64,000 nucleotides of DNA, taken from Amphiscolops sp. MND2022 (taxonomy: Eukaryota). The stretch covers positions 27,838,001-27,902,000 of the forward strand of contig OZ076421.1 of the NCBI GenBank assembly GCA_964187785.1, given 5' to 3'. The notes under the pieces are model-generated. The model was given only the letters and a program-made list of their open reading frames with translations. It did no database searches and had not been told where the DNA came from. The position numbers and the translations under genes are program-made. Position 1 is the stretch's first letter. Every line of letters starts with the position of its first letter. Below are positions 12,601 to 25,926 of the stretch, piece after piece.

Positions 12601-14714
12601 GGGCGAGACCAAAGGGTCCCCTTGGAAGTCCTTTTGCGATTTTTGAGCCTCTTGGATATGGCGCCGACTTGGGCCGGTCCCGACTTGTTCTGATTTATTT
12701 GTTTCTGCTAGAAATATACATACTTTGGTTCGAATTTAACCGTTTACGAACTTTTGTTTGTTTCCGAACTCAATTATTTTTTTGCTGTTTTCTGACAATA
12801 CGAATACAACAACAAAAAATGCATATAACAACAAAAATCCATTTAACAAAAAATTTGTTAATAACAAAATTGTTTTTCGGAATACTTTGCCAAGTAAGAG
12901 CAGCAGAAATGCTCATTTTCAAGTTGAGTTTTTGGGGCAATATATGAAAATGTATATGTAAGAACCAATTTTCAGATCTGCATAGGCATTTTAGTTGAAA
13001 ATATTCCCCTTTTTTCTAACATTGGCAGATATTCCCTGAAAGCGCTTGTAACATGATACAACAATGTGACGAAATCTTTCACTGACACGAATATGCAGAC
13101 CATCTGTTCAAAAATTATGCAAAAATTACAACACAAGTTGATCTTGAAAAACCAAATTTCCAACAAATTGGGTAACCAAACAAATTTTTGGTTAACAAAA
13201 ACCAAATTAGGGTAAAATGAACGAGTCAAGAAAAATTTCTCTTCAGAACCGAAAACCCTTCATATGGCCTGCATAAAATCGCAGTCAAACAACTTCCATG
13301 AACAATCTCATAGGTTTTTTGGCAAGAGGTTGCAATCTAACCATTTTTGTAAAAAAAACGAACAAAAAAATAAAGTTGATTTTCGGATAAGATATTTTAT
13401 TCTGAACGCCCAACATAAATGAAAGATTTATTGAAGATAAAATTGTTGATTATGTTTTCATGCAAAAAATCTGTTTTCAGATCCATTTTGTTAGTATTAC
13501 TCTAAAAAATGACCATTTTTTAGATTTTAGAATATTCTTCATTTCTAGTCGAAGATAAGTGTAAAAACGTTTAAAAAATAGGATATTGTGTTTTTTAACA
13601 ACATGAATATCAATGTAATAAACGTTATAGTAAAACTATTCATATGATGTTAAGGAAAGAGTTCATTTACCTGTAGACAGGGGTAAATTCACCCCCATGG
13701 CATGTTCCGGCATTGGCACAAGCCAGCACGTGTTGCACTGAGAGCATCAAACTGGGTTCCAGATATCCGGTCGCTTTGCTCTTGTCGATGATAAATCTGA
13801 AACAAAGATCAAACTTCAGAACCTCTCATAACTACCTGATTTCAAAAATTGGATTGCTTATAAGCATTTCCTATTGGGTATACGGGTGAACTGCTAATAT
13901 GCCCGCTTGGAAATCGAATTAACTTTCAGTTGTCACTGGAAAACATTCTGGAATATTGAAACATACTGAATTTAAGCCCAAACTTGTAAATTATTGAAAT
14001 CGCAACAAAGCGATAGATTGGAAATGAGGTTTATGCTCTGGCTATTTTGAAAATTTTTTGTTCATAAAGTTTTCCAATCATCAAAAAAGGTAGTAAACCC
14101 CTTTACCTCATTTTAGTCAAAATTATGGAAAAAATTATATAGAGAAAAGATTTCGATTATCCATCAAACTTGGATCATGGACAAAATGTTTCCTTTTAAC
14201 CAATTTGAGCTGACCTTCATTTCAAACTAACACAATTATGCTTTCAACTATCATAAAGCTCGTTGACATACGCGTATTAGCAATAGATCTGTATGTGTAT
14301 CTATTAAATTCAACAATGATCAACTATTTTCAGTTCTTCAAACAGTAACGAAAGTGAATTCAATATTCAATACTCATTCAACAGTAACACCATGGTATAA
14401 CAGGAACCAACATACCTATCACCGATGGCACTGAGAGCTCCATGGGCCCAACAAGAGCCACAGTACTGGGGGATGTGTTGGTTCCTGATTGGGCTCAAAT
14501 AATTTTCCCCATTGATGTTTCTCCAGTCCCAAACATCCGGGAGGTCACCCAAAAGACTCTCCATCAATCCTGGGGTCTCCCAAACCCTGGGATGCGTCTT
14601 GACCTCTCTAACCAAGTCTGGGTCATCACTTCGTTTGTAGCACTGGAACTGGGTTTCAGCAAAAACTTGAAAACTCGCGGAAAGTGTGAGAAAAAGAAAT
14701 GCCTGAAGATGCAT
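9644..14714 (-). CDS. CTSZ: Cathepsin Z (cathepsin X), 313 aa; exons 14714-14416, 13796-13671, 12058-11977, 11120-10949, 9906-9644
   Basis: Signal peptide and short propeptide with Cys (QCYK). Diagnostic HIP insertion [13 protein letters not shown] with the catalytic Cys, [10 protein letters not shown] (His) and RNSWG (Asn). All introns are GT-AG with matching phases; 942 nt in total. Confidence 0.96.
12415..12689 (+). repeat. HINE-like dispersed repeat copy in CTSZ intron 2 (a second, minus-strand 3' end lies at ~11152-11200 in intron 3)
   Basis: Ends TTTTGAGCCTCTTGGATATGGCGCCGACTTGGGCCGGTCCCGACTTGTT. The internal CAATCCACACGAACT...GCCTAGCGAACTGAACCAAAAA block is shared with 36331-36854 and 37101-37504. 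Confidence 0.65.
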
Positions 14715-16774
14715 TGCGGTCAGAACTCCAAATTTGAGCAACTTTCTTGAATACTTTAACAAATCAACCTATAGTTTATATATCGATAAAATGATAATTG
14801 TAGAATGGATTTTGGCTCTCAGTGTTATGGAATTTATATTGGTTCACGTTTGTTCAATAAACACAAATATTTCATTTTTCAGTCGGTCAAACTTGACCTT
14901 TAAAGGGTACATTCATATTAATTATCCCAATGAGCGCTCAGGTTGTAAGCATGGCAAACGATATTTGAAAACTTACAATGATTTCAAACAATTCACAAAG
15001 CCAACTCAAGAATGCTCACTTGGAGACCTTTATGTTTTTCGAATGTGTTGAACCTTGTTTGTTTATAATTCCCAAAGTTTTGCGAATGAATACCAAAATT
15101 CTTTAATCATGAATTTTTTTCAATCTATTTCTGAAGGGTGGAGTTTATCCGCCAACGCAATCAATTAAAAGGCATTAAAGTTGTACTTTTATTAGAGAAA
15201 AATTAATCGAATGATGGAGAAAATTCTTTAGTATCTACTTCTTGATATGTCCCACTTCTCTTGAGCAACTGTTCCTTTTTTGTGATTAACTTTCATTGAG
15301 TTATTATCATTATATTAATGATGCCTAGAAGATAATTATAACCTAGAATTTTTCCATCGTTACAAAAATCTGTTTTAGCAAATTCTGGAAATACTGAAAA
15401 CGATGATTTTGACAATCATTTATGTGGCTCGGAACAATTTGACGAACCAGAGGAAAAATCTGTTTAAAAAAGCATGCAATGGTACCTTTGGACCTTTGGA
15501 CACATTACCAGCTTGGTCAAATAACTAGATTTGAAAAACGCGAATGACACAGTCGAGCTACATGCATAGCAGACTTCCTGTTGTGGGATACTGTCTTCAA
15601 ACATCTGAAGGTCTTGTCAAGTTTTTCATTCACAAGTTGGTTTCAAACTTGGCTGTTCCTTTAAAGACAGTACTTCACATATTGTGGAACTGAGATCTTT
15701 GAATTGAATGATTTGAGGAATCAAATATTCAACTAAAGACTATTTGAATCTTCAGAAAATGTCTCTAGACGACCTTACATTTCTGCTTTGAACCAAGGTT
15801 TTCGATTTGAATGATTGATTTGCAATGTTCGAAGCTGTTTGGAGACGTTTCTGGCCCAATATTCTGAAATTTGAGTTCTCGAAAAATTTCATGTGTTCCA
15901 CTTTTTTGGAACCTAGTATTCTAGTGATTTGTTTTGATGTTGGCATGTATGTTTTGAAATTGCCAACTTATAGTCAAACAAGCTGCAATTTCCTCCTTCC
16001 CCATATCCAACCTCGTGTCAGCCCTTGGAATCTCACATGGTCAGAGCTAACTCAGTTAATACACGTCAATGAAGATATGGAAATCATGAGAAAACCATGG
16101 CTCCTATTCTTTTTATTGTATCCTCACAATTTTAATATGCCTCCGACTTTTATAAACACCACTTTTTGTCAAAAATCAACATCTGCATCTCCTTTCCATT
16201 GGAGTGAAATTCGTGTTGATTTTTCGCTTGAACATTTCTTGGTGATTAAAAAAATTTTCGTCACTTTAATGTACAAAATTGGCGCCAATGTGCTCCTGCA
16301 AAATGCGCCTGATATGAAAAGCTCAAATGTTTCCCGTGAGCCATATCAAGTGGGCTCAAAATCATCACAAAACTCCAATGAGATGAAAACCAAGTTAGAG
16401 AGTTTCCGAGTCAGGATTAAGTTTATACAATCTATTTTATCCTCGTTGGAAAAGCATGAAGCGGAATGTTTGAATGTTTTCGAGACGAAAATAAAGTTCA
16501 CATCTCTGGAATACTGAATATAAGTGCACAAGATTGCCACATCTGCGTTTTTGCTTGTATAAATATCGATTTTAAGCAAATGACAGAGGAGGAAAAAATA
16601 TGGTTACGCATTATTCCTAAAAACCCCAGAGAAAATTGTTTCACTAGAAACCAAAAAAGCTGAAAGAATTTGGGAATATGACTTACTTTGGAGTCTTCAA
16701 AAAGCTTAGGGAAGTCTCAGATTTCTATTTTCTAGCCACAATGGTTTCGTCTCAAAAGCCCAAGATTTCGTTGT

Positions 16775-19700
16775 CTTCTTCTTCTTCGTCTATAGCTTTA
16801 ACCCTTCTTCAAAGGGTACGCTCTCCTCACCTCCCTGTGAGCAGGTTCGTCTGTGTCTGGCTAGACTTGTTGCTGATACTTGGGTTTGGCAGTTCGGACA
16901 TGTGGTGTATTTTGATCTGTAGATTCGGGCAGTTGATTGTAGGGGACTGTTCTGCGGTTTATTTTTGGATTTGCGGTATGTTCTGGAATGTCTTGCGAAG
17001 TTGGGACTTGATATCTCTTTGTTGCAGTTCAGACAGCGTTTCGTCATCCCGTCTGTCTCTCCGCCTTCACACGATGTCTGGTGGTTTTTCATCGCGCTTT
17101 CGGTTCTGAAGCTGCTGTTGCATTTAGTACATTTGAACGTGTTTGGGTCATGGTTACTTTCGTGCATTCGCTGTATATGGATTCCCCCGCATTCAGGCAT
17201 TGTTTTTGGCAATATCTGCATGTGAGAGATTTCAGTTGTTTCGTTTCATTTCTGTTGGTTTCTATTGCTTGTTCTCGATTTCCGTTGCTTTTTCCCACCG
17301 TTCCATAAATGACATTCGTTTCCTGACAGATTTCCTCTATTCCGTTCTATTTTCTGTTAGACGGAAGAGGTCCGTTGCGTCTATTCCCGCCTCTGATAAT
17401 AGTCGGCGCCAAGATTATGGGGTATTTCTGCACCTTTTCCTTTGTCTATCGATTGTTTCCAGTGGCGGGATCCATCCCTGGATTGCTCGTTTTGCCGGAC
17501 GATCATCGCTGAGTATAATTACGTGTCCATTACGTTGAAGGGATCTTTTCTCGATTTTCCATTCGACCGACTTTATTCCTAGGAGGTTTTTATGTCTTGC
17601 ATGTTTTGGCTGGTTTTCTGCTTTATTTTGAGGGGTGCTTCTTTGTGATGGCTCCATGTGTCTGTATCTTTTGTCCATCCATTGTTGGTTTGTCAATTCC
17701 CGTTTTTGCCATGGGAGGTCCGCTTTCTACGCAAGTTTGTACTACCAGGGACTTTTGTCTCTTGGATAGTTAGCTTTTCACCAGTCGAGGACGGACTCTG
17801 CTCCACAGATGACGAGCTCTTTCTATTCTGTCTTGGACGTCGACTTTAAGATTCTTCCAACTGCCTGGCATTCTGATACCATGAGACGAAGTTTCTTCAA
17901 AAACTAGGCTCTCCTCTTTTGTTTCGTTGTTCTTCTCTTCAAAAGACGTCATCACTTCCTTGTTGGCCTTAAAACCTCGTTCAAGTTCCTCTTTCGTGCG
18001 GAAGATGGTTGTATCATCTGAAAACAGTGACAAAAAAATGTTTGTCTTTTTTTATTCAGAGTTGTTCCTACCATACTGGCTGTTGCGGGTTCAGTTTGCC
18101 GCCTGAGAGCCAGTTCTATTCGATTCCCACATTCTTTTCGCTTTGGTTATCCAATTCACGTCTTTTCGTTTCCGCTGTTTCGATTACCATCTGGTGAAAA
18201 ATGTTGAACAGAACCGGAAATGTGGGCATCCTTCTCTCAGACCACGTTCCGGGGACCAGCTTGAACTCACACTATGTTGGCTTTGGACACAGTAGTTGGT
18301 CGAATCATGTAGGTCCATTATGCAGTGGAGAAAACCCCCGTGTAGTCCTTGCTTCCTCAGAAACTCCCGATTGGCCAATTTCGATACCCGGGGTTAGACT
18401 TTCTCTAGGTCTAACAGGCGTCCATCGGGGTCGGCGTTCTGGTCAATCTTCTCGTTTTGTTCCGATCGGAGCGCATTGACAAACTGCATATCCTCGAGGA
18501 TCCTTATGAGCACTCGTGGCGTCAGCGGTTGATCTATTTGGGCGAAAGCCACTTTGGTTCTCGTCATGTACGTTGAGTTCTTCAGTCCATCTACAGAGGC
18601 GTTTGCTGAGGACGCGGGCTAAAATTCGGCTAATCATCGAGAAAAGACAGACACTTCTATAGTTTCTGCATTTCTGGCGGTCGCCTTTCTTGAAAAGGGG
18701 GCGCCTATTTGGCCGACTAAAGCGGACTGATATCCTGGTCTTACTGATGAGGTAGACAACGTTGTTCCTATTTTCTCTTGCGGTTGTTTCCCGCAGCAAT
18801 CCATTTGTTTATCTCTTCTCGCATCAATTCTAGTTCCATCTCTGCGCCTGTAATCCAGGGGTTTTCTCCTCTTTTCCCTTGAGTTCCACAAACTTCTTTG
18901 GCGGCATGAACTAGGATGTCTGCTACTTGGTCCCAAGTCCAATCTTTTCGTTTTCTATCATTTAGGCGGTCTTGATTTGGAATTTTGTTTCTTTGCTCGG
19001 GTTCCGTAGAGCTTCCGAAAACCATTTGATGTTGGTGCGTTTTGCTCCCCTTGTCTCCATTTTTTCATCATCTTTGTCTCTATGTTCAGGACGACCTGTT
19101 TGTGCTCTGAGTATGACAGTTTATGGATGGTTTTAATACCTCTCGCGTGTTTGTGCCGTTGGTTTCTGCGCATTTAGGAACCCTCGGGTTCATACCATTT
19201 CCCGGGACCCTTGTGAAGCCAAGTCCACCAGTCTCGATGGCTTGAGGTGCCGTTGACCCATCAGAGGCTGTTTTCATTACACCAGTCAAGGAGGTCATGT
19301 CCTTGTTCATCAGTTGCCGTTTCGAGTCCGATCTGGTTTCTGTTTTTCTTTTTCGTCTGTTGTGGTCATGAGCCAATATGAGAAGCGTTTTCATGGGGCA
19401 TCTTGCTAGGAGGTTCTACAGCTCGTATCGATATTCTTAAAGGCTTCTTTTCCATGTATGCTTACTGGTTGGTAGATGGCTATCACTACCAAGTCTCTGA
19501 TATGTGTGTTGCTCGGGGTTTGAACTCCATCGGTTGATTCTCTTCGACCCACTCGTTGAGAGCGCTTCCACGAAGGATGATATTGTGCGTTTCAGGATTT
19601 TTCGGTAGTTTTTTCTCAGTGATACCACGTGTAGGTTCCGGGTCACGTTCCGTTTTCTGGTTGTTGTGGGAGACGGTTTTTCCCTTTTTTCGAGCGAGAC

Positions 19701-20051
19701 GTTTCTTTTTCGTCTCTCATTGCGCTCGGCCTTCCGGTCAGGGGCTCTCTTGGTTTTTTCACGTCTTTTCGGACCTGGGTTGGGGAGAATTGTTAGTTGC
19801 TTCATTACTAGCCTCGCACAGTGGCGTTCCTGCATCACGGGTCCGAGAGAGCCCCCGCCGATTGAATTTTTGAAAGGATCGTTAGTCGGCTGGTCTCGCG
19901 ATCCTTTGTTGTTTTCCAGGTAGTGTGGCAGCTCCTTGCGGCGTCTGTCGCACGCCTTTTCTGGAAACCTTGTGTGATCTTTGACGCACAAAGACGCGTC
20001 TTATGCGCTGCCCGATTCCCACTGCTTGGAGGTGTCACATTCGGGTAGCAT
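16775..20051 (-). mobile_element. Decayed RTE-like non-LTR retrotransposon (APE, RT, C-terminal C2HC zinc fingers), (GAA)n tail, 11-bp TSD
   Basis: RT motifs KKGDRQKCRNYRSVCL, ENQSGFRPNRSTAD, GLREGCP and LFSDDT; APE-like GKWYE...SEHK; three CxxC-x(11-12)-H-x3-C fingers (one with the last Cys replaced) ending at TAG 16790. Short GAA tail at ~16775-16787. GATTTCGTTGT occurs at both 16764-16774 and 20052-20062. Many stops and frameshifts. Confidence 0.85.
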
Positions 20052-22925
20052 GATTTCGTTGTTTTCGAAAAACACAACAATTCTTCATCTTTTGTTAGAG
20101 AAAAACTATCTGAAAAAGACATAAATCGTTGGTTTGATGTATGACAGAGCTGGATAGTTCCTTTATGCTCAAATTTTCTCTTTCGTTGTTGTTCAATACT
20201 CAGACGGTTCATCGATTGTTAGCCGAAAGCGAAGCTATGGTGCATTGAGCTTAATTTCTGTATTTGGCAGCTCTTGACACATCCGCAATGTAACTCTGAA
20301 AGATTCACGCTATAAGATCACGTAGTCGCTTGCAAAATTGAATAGCAGTTGAGAATGCATCATTTTATGTGCCAGGTGCCTTTCAACCCGAGTTTTTGTT
20401 GATCCATTCGTCTGAAACTCTCCCAAAACATCAAAATTTTTCTTAATTCCCCCAGCACTCTTTTCCCAAATTCAATGACTATGTTTTGGGCGGGAATGTT
20501 TTGCAACACTTTTTTGCTGTTTTATTGCACATTTGTTAGATATATTTATTCCTTTGTTCGCTCAGTTAAAACGGCATGGTTTTGACACAGGCAAAAGTAA
20601 AGTCAATGTTGATGAACAACTGGATGAAAACGGAAATCTTGTTACATGAACAAGTTTAAAAAACCTTCCAATACAAGAGATGGAAAGAAAACCACTGCCG
20701 ACAAGCGACAATTTCCAATTAGCAGCCCCATACATGATGTTCAAACAACTGGAAGCATTCAGTGGCGACATGGACAGAATACTAGACTATGTTGAAAAAT
20801 TTCTCAAATAAGTGAGTTGATATTCTGTTGCACTGAGACGACAACTGAATAAACTTATAAACTCTAGCAACGGCCACTCTAAAACACTTTTACCTACTGT
20901 CAAATCTAACTATCGTAGGTCAACTTTCCCCCTTATCTGCTAAAAACCCGGAAAATCTCAAGTCGGAAGCTGATAGTTCAATTGTTTTAGGACTTGAAAT
21001 GTCTGGTCAGACTATTAATTTTAGGCGTTTTTAGTCGGCGCCTTTTCCTTTAAGGAAAAAAGCCCGACTATCACAGTGGGTAGTTTTTTTCTTTTTCAGC
21101 CTACAATCTCTTTCTGAATGGTCCACTTTTTACAACTTTCATGATTCATGAATTTTAGCAAGCAAATTTATAAATAATTGCACAAAAGTTTACAACGTTG
21201 TTTTACATCATCTAAGAAATTTAACGGGACCAAAGGGTACTCCCTTACAGTATTTTCGGCTCTGTGAGACTTTTTCCGAAAAATTTCGAATTTTCCCTTT
21301 TTGATGTTTTTTGTAACCATAAGCCACTTTTTGTGTTCAAGGGGTCCCCTTTCAGGTTTTTCGGCACTGTGCGACTTTTAAATGTTCTTGAAAAACACTC
21401 TGAAGCGTATTAAGTGTATTAAGTTTAAATATTAATTGTTACTGATTGTTTACTGGCTGTTGACTGTTATTGACTGTTCTTAACTGTTGTAGTTCGTTCA
21501 GGGGGCAATGGTCCCAAGCACGCCAGAACGAACGAATCCGGGTGTGGCAGACCCTACTGACCAATTGGTGGTTGCTCTATTAATCTTTGGGGGTGTAGCA
21601 GTCGTCACCCTAGGAAGCAACGTCCTTCCTAGACCAAGCGCGGCTGGTCCCTTTGAGGATTTGGATTTTTAGAGCTCGGGTGGCCCTTACAGACGCACCG
21701 TTTTGCGTCCCAACTTTATGGGCAGAGGGTCCGCATACTGTTTGGACGCAAAATGCTGTCACCTTATATACCCGGCTTTTGTTCTTAATCTTAGCGACCA
21801 TCCGTGACAACTGATGTCGTCAAGAGAGATGATGTTGTCGGGAGCTCGGGTGACCCCTCTTCGAAGTTTTCTGCTTGGACGTTAGGATCTCAAAAAAAAT
21901 TGTTTAAAGTGTAATTGAGATCAATGATTTCCAGTATTTTTTTTGAAAGTATATAGAAACCCTGTAGCACTGGGGATTGATTCTAGCAGCGAATATTATT
22001 GTCCATTAGCAGATAACTTCGAAGGCCCATTTCAGTATGCTGTCGTTTGGGCCCTCTTCCCAGAACGGCATCGCTGCTGAAGGGCTCCAAGGATGGTCTC
22101 CCTTCGCACCGATTTGGTGCGGAGTAGGCGTTTTCGTGTTTCAAAAATGTAAAAAAAGGCCACCTCCCCTTGAAGTTTTTTTCCAGGATCGGAAAATCTT
22201 AGCCACAAAAACCCCTATTTCGCAACCCTGCTGATAGACCGAAAGATTTTACAGCTGAAATGATCCAAGGAAATAGCATTTGATCCTGAATTCCAATTGT
22301 TTGTTCAATATATTTCCTCAATATTTGGAGCTTCAACATTTATTTCTAAAAAATTTTCTATTCTACGTTTTTCAACTTTAGAATGAAAATTGTCTCTGTC
22401 AGTTTTACTTAGCATTCGCTGTGCCCAAACCTAGGTTATCATTATGGTTTTCTTTTTTATTCACAATTCAATTAATTTGTTTTTTTAATCTTACTGCTCT
22501 TTGAGTTCCTAATTATAAATCAATTGAGTATTTTGTCTTTTGAAATATGATGTAGTCAATATAGATAGAGCCATTGAGATTTTTTTTACTTAGTAGTGTT
22601 TTCGATTAATAATTCATAGTTTCGAAAGTTTCCGCCACAGCAAAAATTCGTTTGTCGTTGTCGAAGTTTTTAACTATCGAACCAGCACTTCAAATGTGTA
22701 TACGTTTACAATGTACCTTCGTGAATTCTCTATAACGTTGTTCGGACGGCTTCCTGCTGTTGTTTCTCGGCGCCCTCTTTTGACAATAATCTAAGAGTTT
22801 TTCAGAACGAATTCAAATTTTACTTGAAGCATTTTTGTTATTTTATATGCTTGTGTGCTCGCTTTTGACTTCTTGCTTACCTAACTGTCGATTTGTTAGT
22901 ATGTTGAACGTTTTCAGGGTGTAAA

Positions 22926-24034
22926 ATGTCAATCGATTCTAAACTACTGCCTCTGCTCGATAGCTCTCTGGAAGAAATTGAAACGATTCATGATATTCTT
23001 TTCTCCGCCAAATCTTCATTCTCTAGTGCTCTCATGGAAACACCTTAATCGACCAACACGAAAGATGTTCCTCGACTGTTTGATGGAGAGAAAGTCCTAC
23101 TGACAGGTATTGATCGAGCCCTTCTCCATGCCAAAAACACAGCTGCAATGATAAATGCGCAACGCAAAGATGTGCTCGCAACAGTGAAATCGGCTGAGCG
23201 GTCTCATGCTAATTATGTCACTGCATTGAAGAAATTAGCGAAGTTCAGAAACTGCAATCGCCCCACTGTGACACCGAAGTTTTCCGGATCCTCTAAAGGC
23301 GTTCAGAAAAATACTAACGTAGTCGTTCTTGTTCCAGGGACGTATTTCCTCGTAAACTCAGCTCGATCAAAACTCGAACTCCATCAATGCAAGTCTATCC
23401 TCCTGCAACCAAAAACTTGGCAGCGTCACCAAGTAGTGTTCCCAAAATTTCGATCACTTCGAGCAACCTTTCATCAGCGTTGCCTACATAGAGTTTCAAG
23501 TGTACATCTGCACAACCCGCTGGGGCCATCGAGCACGGTACCAAAGCAAATCCGATGATCACTGCAAATCCTGAAATTTGTCAGAAGTCCGGAAAGAAAT
23601 CGAGAAAAGAAAAACAGCTTTCAGCTCCGCGCGTATCATCTTCCAAAACGCTAGATATGAGCTCCCTGCCGTCTTTAACAGGAAGTTCTCTTGACGATAC
23701 AATCGCTAACTTCCCCATCGAAGACGATCAAGCTGAGCCATTTATGATTGAATCAGACAAGTCTCCTCTTTCTCCCTCGAACATGAACTCACTCAATGAA
23801 GAGATATCACTGAAGAAAGGAACACTTGATGGTATCTTCAAAGAATCACTTCCTGAAGTTGGCATTGACATGGTGGCTCCTAGTCAGCCTCGCTTTGATT
23901 CTGGCTCTCAAGTTAAAAAAGAGCCGGAAAAAAAGAGAACGAGGGCTCTAGCCTCAACAAGGAAGTCAACAAGAGCCCTCGCACTCGCTGGGGCTGTATA
24001 TAACGAGGAGTTCCCGAGTGATAGTGAAATGTGA
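22926..24034 (+). pseudogene. Helentron accessory ORF1 of unknown function (helical N-terminus, disordered C-terminus)
   Basis: ATG 22926 follows a TTTTCAG acceptor. MSIDSKLLPLLDSSLEEIETIHDILF... has an in-frame stop at ~23046, continues as track ORF 23148-23558, then shifts into 23555-24034. Confidence 0.5.
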
Positions 24035-24687
24035 TTGCGCAGCTGCAAAATGTTCATTCTTAGATCATGCTTCAATCATGTTTTTCGAGCAGGCTTGTTT
24101 CGTTTTTCATCTTTAGTTTCATTTTATCGCAATAGTCGTATGTCCTGAAGTGTGGTCGTTTAGCAGTGATATTTAGCATCGTCATCTTGAAAGTTTACTC
24201 GTAATTTTACCCTGGCAATGAGATTATGTTTTTGAAACTTTCTCATTTACTCGTAGTATTGTTCTTGTTTATACAATCGGTCTGATGCCCTAGTTTTCGT
24301 TAATTCTTTGGTATGTCTTTACCTCAAAATTTGTTCCTGAAGTTATCTCATTTTGAAAATCATTGAACGATTCGCATCAGGAAGTACCGTTATACTGGCA
24401 GGTAAATTTTACAAAAAAACTACATTGTCTTAAAAAAAATGTTTTCGTTTTTTCTTTTATCTCGTATCGATCGAATCAGCTTTTTCCGTTGTCATTCAGT
24501 TCTCATGTTTTTTTCTAGAGCTGTGTATTTCTCCAATTTGATACGTCTCTTTGATTGTTTTATTCACTCAATACAATTATATCTGCTTGCCTTTTTGAAA
24601 CTTTTGAAGCATTGAGGACGAATAAGTTTGAATACGAAGATACTCTTGAAGCTTTCATTTTGTAACGTTTTCACCTTTTTCAGGTCG

Positions 24688-25626
24688 ATGATTAATTTAC
24701 CCGAAGAAGCTCTGCGAGTACTTATCGATATTGCCAGTTCAAATCTTGATAACCAAGGTAATCATGTGGAGACACTTCCTTTTTACTCGCCATCAAAGAA
24801 GATGTTGATACTTACACAATCACAGATGTGATCCTACCAACTCAGTCAAGTAGCGGAGTGTTTGTTGAAGATCATGGCGTCAATAATCAGGATTCTGTTG
24901 TTTTTTTTGCGAAGTTTATGTAATCAAGTTCCAACAGAATTTGTGATCGGCTGGTTCCATACACATGTCCGCCGCACTCCGTTGATGCTGAGTGCTGTTG
25001 ATTGTCATACCCAGTTCCTGTACGAAACAGCAGTGTTCAAGGGAATTAAAGCTTTTGTCTTGCATCTACCATCCCAATCCCTTGAATACTATGAATTGAC
25101 TGAAACTGGTTTAAATGCTTTACGTTTGTGTACGCTGCAGCACCCCTGGAAGGCAACCATCCAGCACCCAGAATGCTTTCAATCTTCATTTTATTCCTTC
25201 TTGAAACATCTTTTGAAGAGTGGAGACACTTCTGTTACACTGATTGATGCCACGGAAAGCAGGCCTTTTTCTCAGCCACGTAGCAGTTATGAAAAGTTTT
25301 TATGTGGCAATAAGTTGCCGACAACCAAAGTCTTGGAAAGCTGTCAAGCTGACTCTCTCCATCAGACACTTGATTGCACCTTCAAATGCACTTCTTGTGG
25401 AAAATCATTCCGAGATCTCAGAACAAAACGCAAACATCTGAGCAGAACCAAATGTACTGAAACCGTCACATCTAAAGATGCACTCTCCCAGCCTGTTCCT
25501 CCTGTCGACCCCCTGAAATTTCTCGAACAGCCTTCTGTGGGTTGCTCAACAACTTTCCAGAACCAAATGAGGCTTTTCAGCATTTCTCCCGAAGCGCTTG
25601 TAAGACCTTGTACGGAACAGTTCTAG
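24688..25626 (+). pseudogene. AMSH/STAMBP-like JAMM (MPN+) metallo-deubiquitinase domain plus a C2HC-type zinc finger, two 1-bp frameshifts
   Basis: Correcting -1 at ~24778 and +1 in the T8 run at 24901-24908 gives MINLPEEALRVLIDIASSNLDNQGNHVETLAFLLAIKEDVDTYTITDVILPTQSSSGVFVEDHG...VIGWFHTHVRRTPLMLSAVDCHTQFLYE...YYELTETGLNALRLCTLQHP. This is collinear with AMSH (VETCGIL...FTITHVLIPKQ...[21 protein letters not shown]...FKLTDHGLEEISSC). Then CTSCGKSFRDLRTKRKHLSRTKC. Confidence 0.85.
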
Positions 25627-25926
25627 CGGAGAGAAAGCGCTTGAAAAAGCAAATGTAAGACAGCGATAGAAATAAAAAAGACATTCGACAACCACGATCT
25701 ATCAAAATGATGACCAGTAATAAAAATAAAACTCAATATGAAAAAAAATCGGATGAGGTTGAAAAGAATCTATGTTGTTGCGTTGAAAGATAAGTTGAAG
25801 AGGAAGTACCAAGATAGACTCAAAGAACAATTGAGATTGAAATACCTAATCTATCGCAGGGAAAGTCTGAGAGTGGAATACTAGGAAACCTTGCGGAGTA
25901 AATGGAAAGAAAAGTATCAGATGAAT

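Noticed and set aside
15825-16517. 230-aa ORF
   Set aside because: TTG start, AT-rich composition, no motif and no splice support; likely chance or decayed repeat.
20575-20810. Coding-like stretch DTGKSKVNVDEQLDENG...YVEKFLK
   Set aside because: Internal stop, no start or splice context, no recognisable family.
21805-21900. Hammerhead-ribozyme-like CTGATG motif
   Set aside because: The core CUGAUGA/GAAA boxes and three stems are not present.
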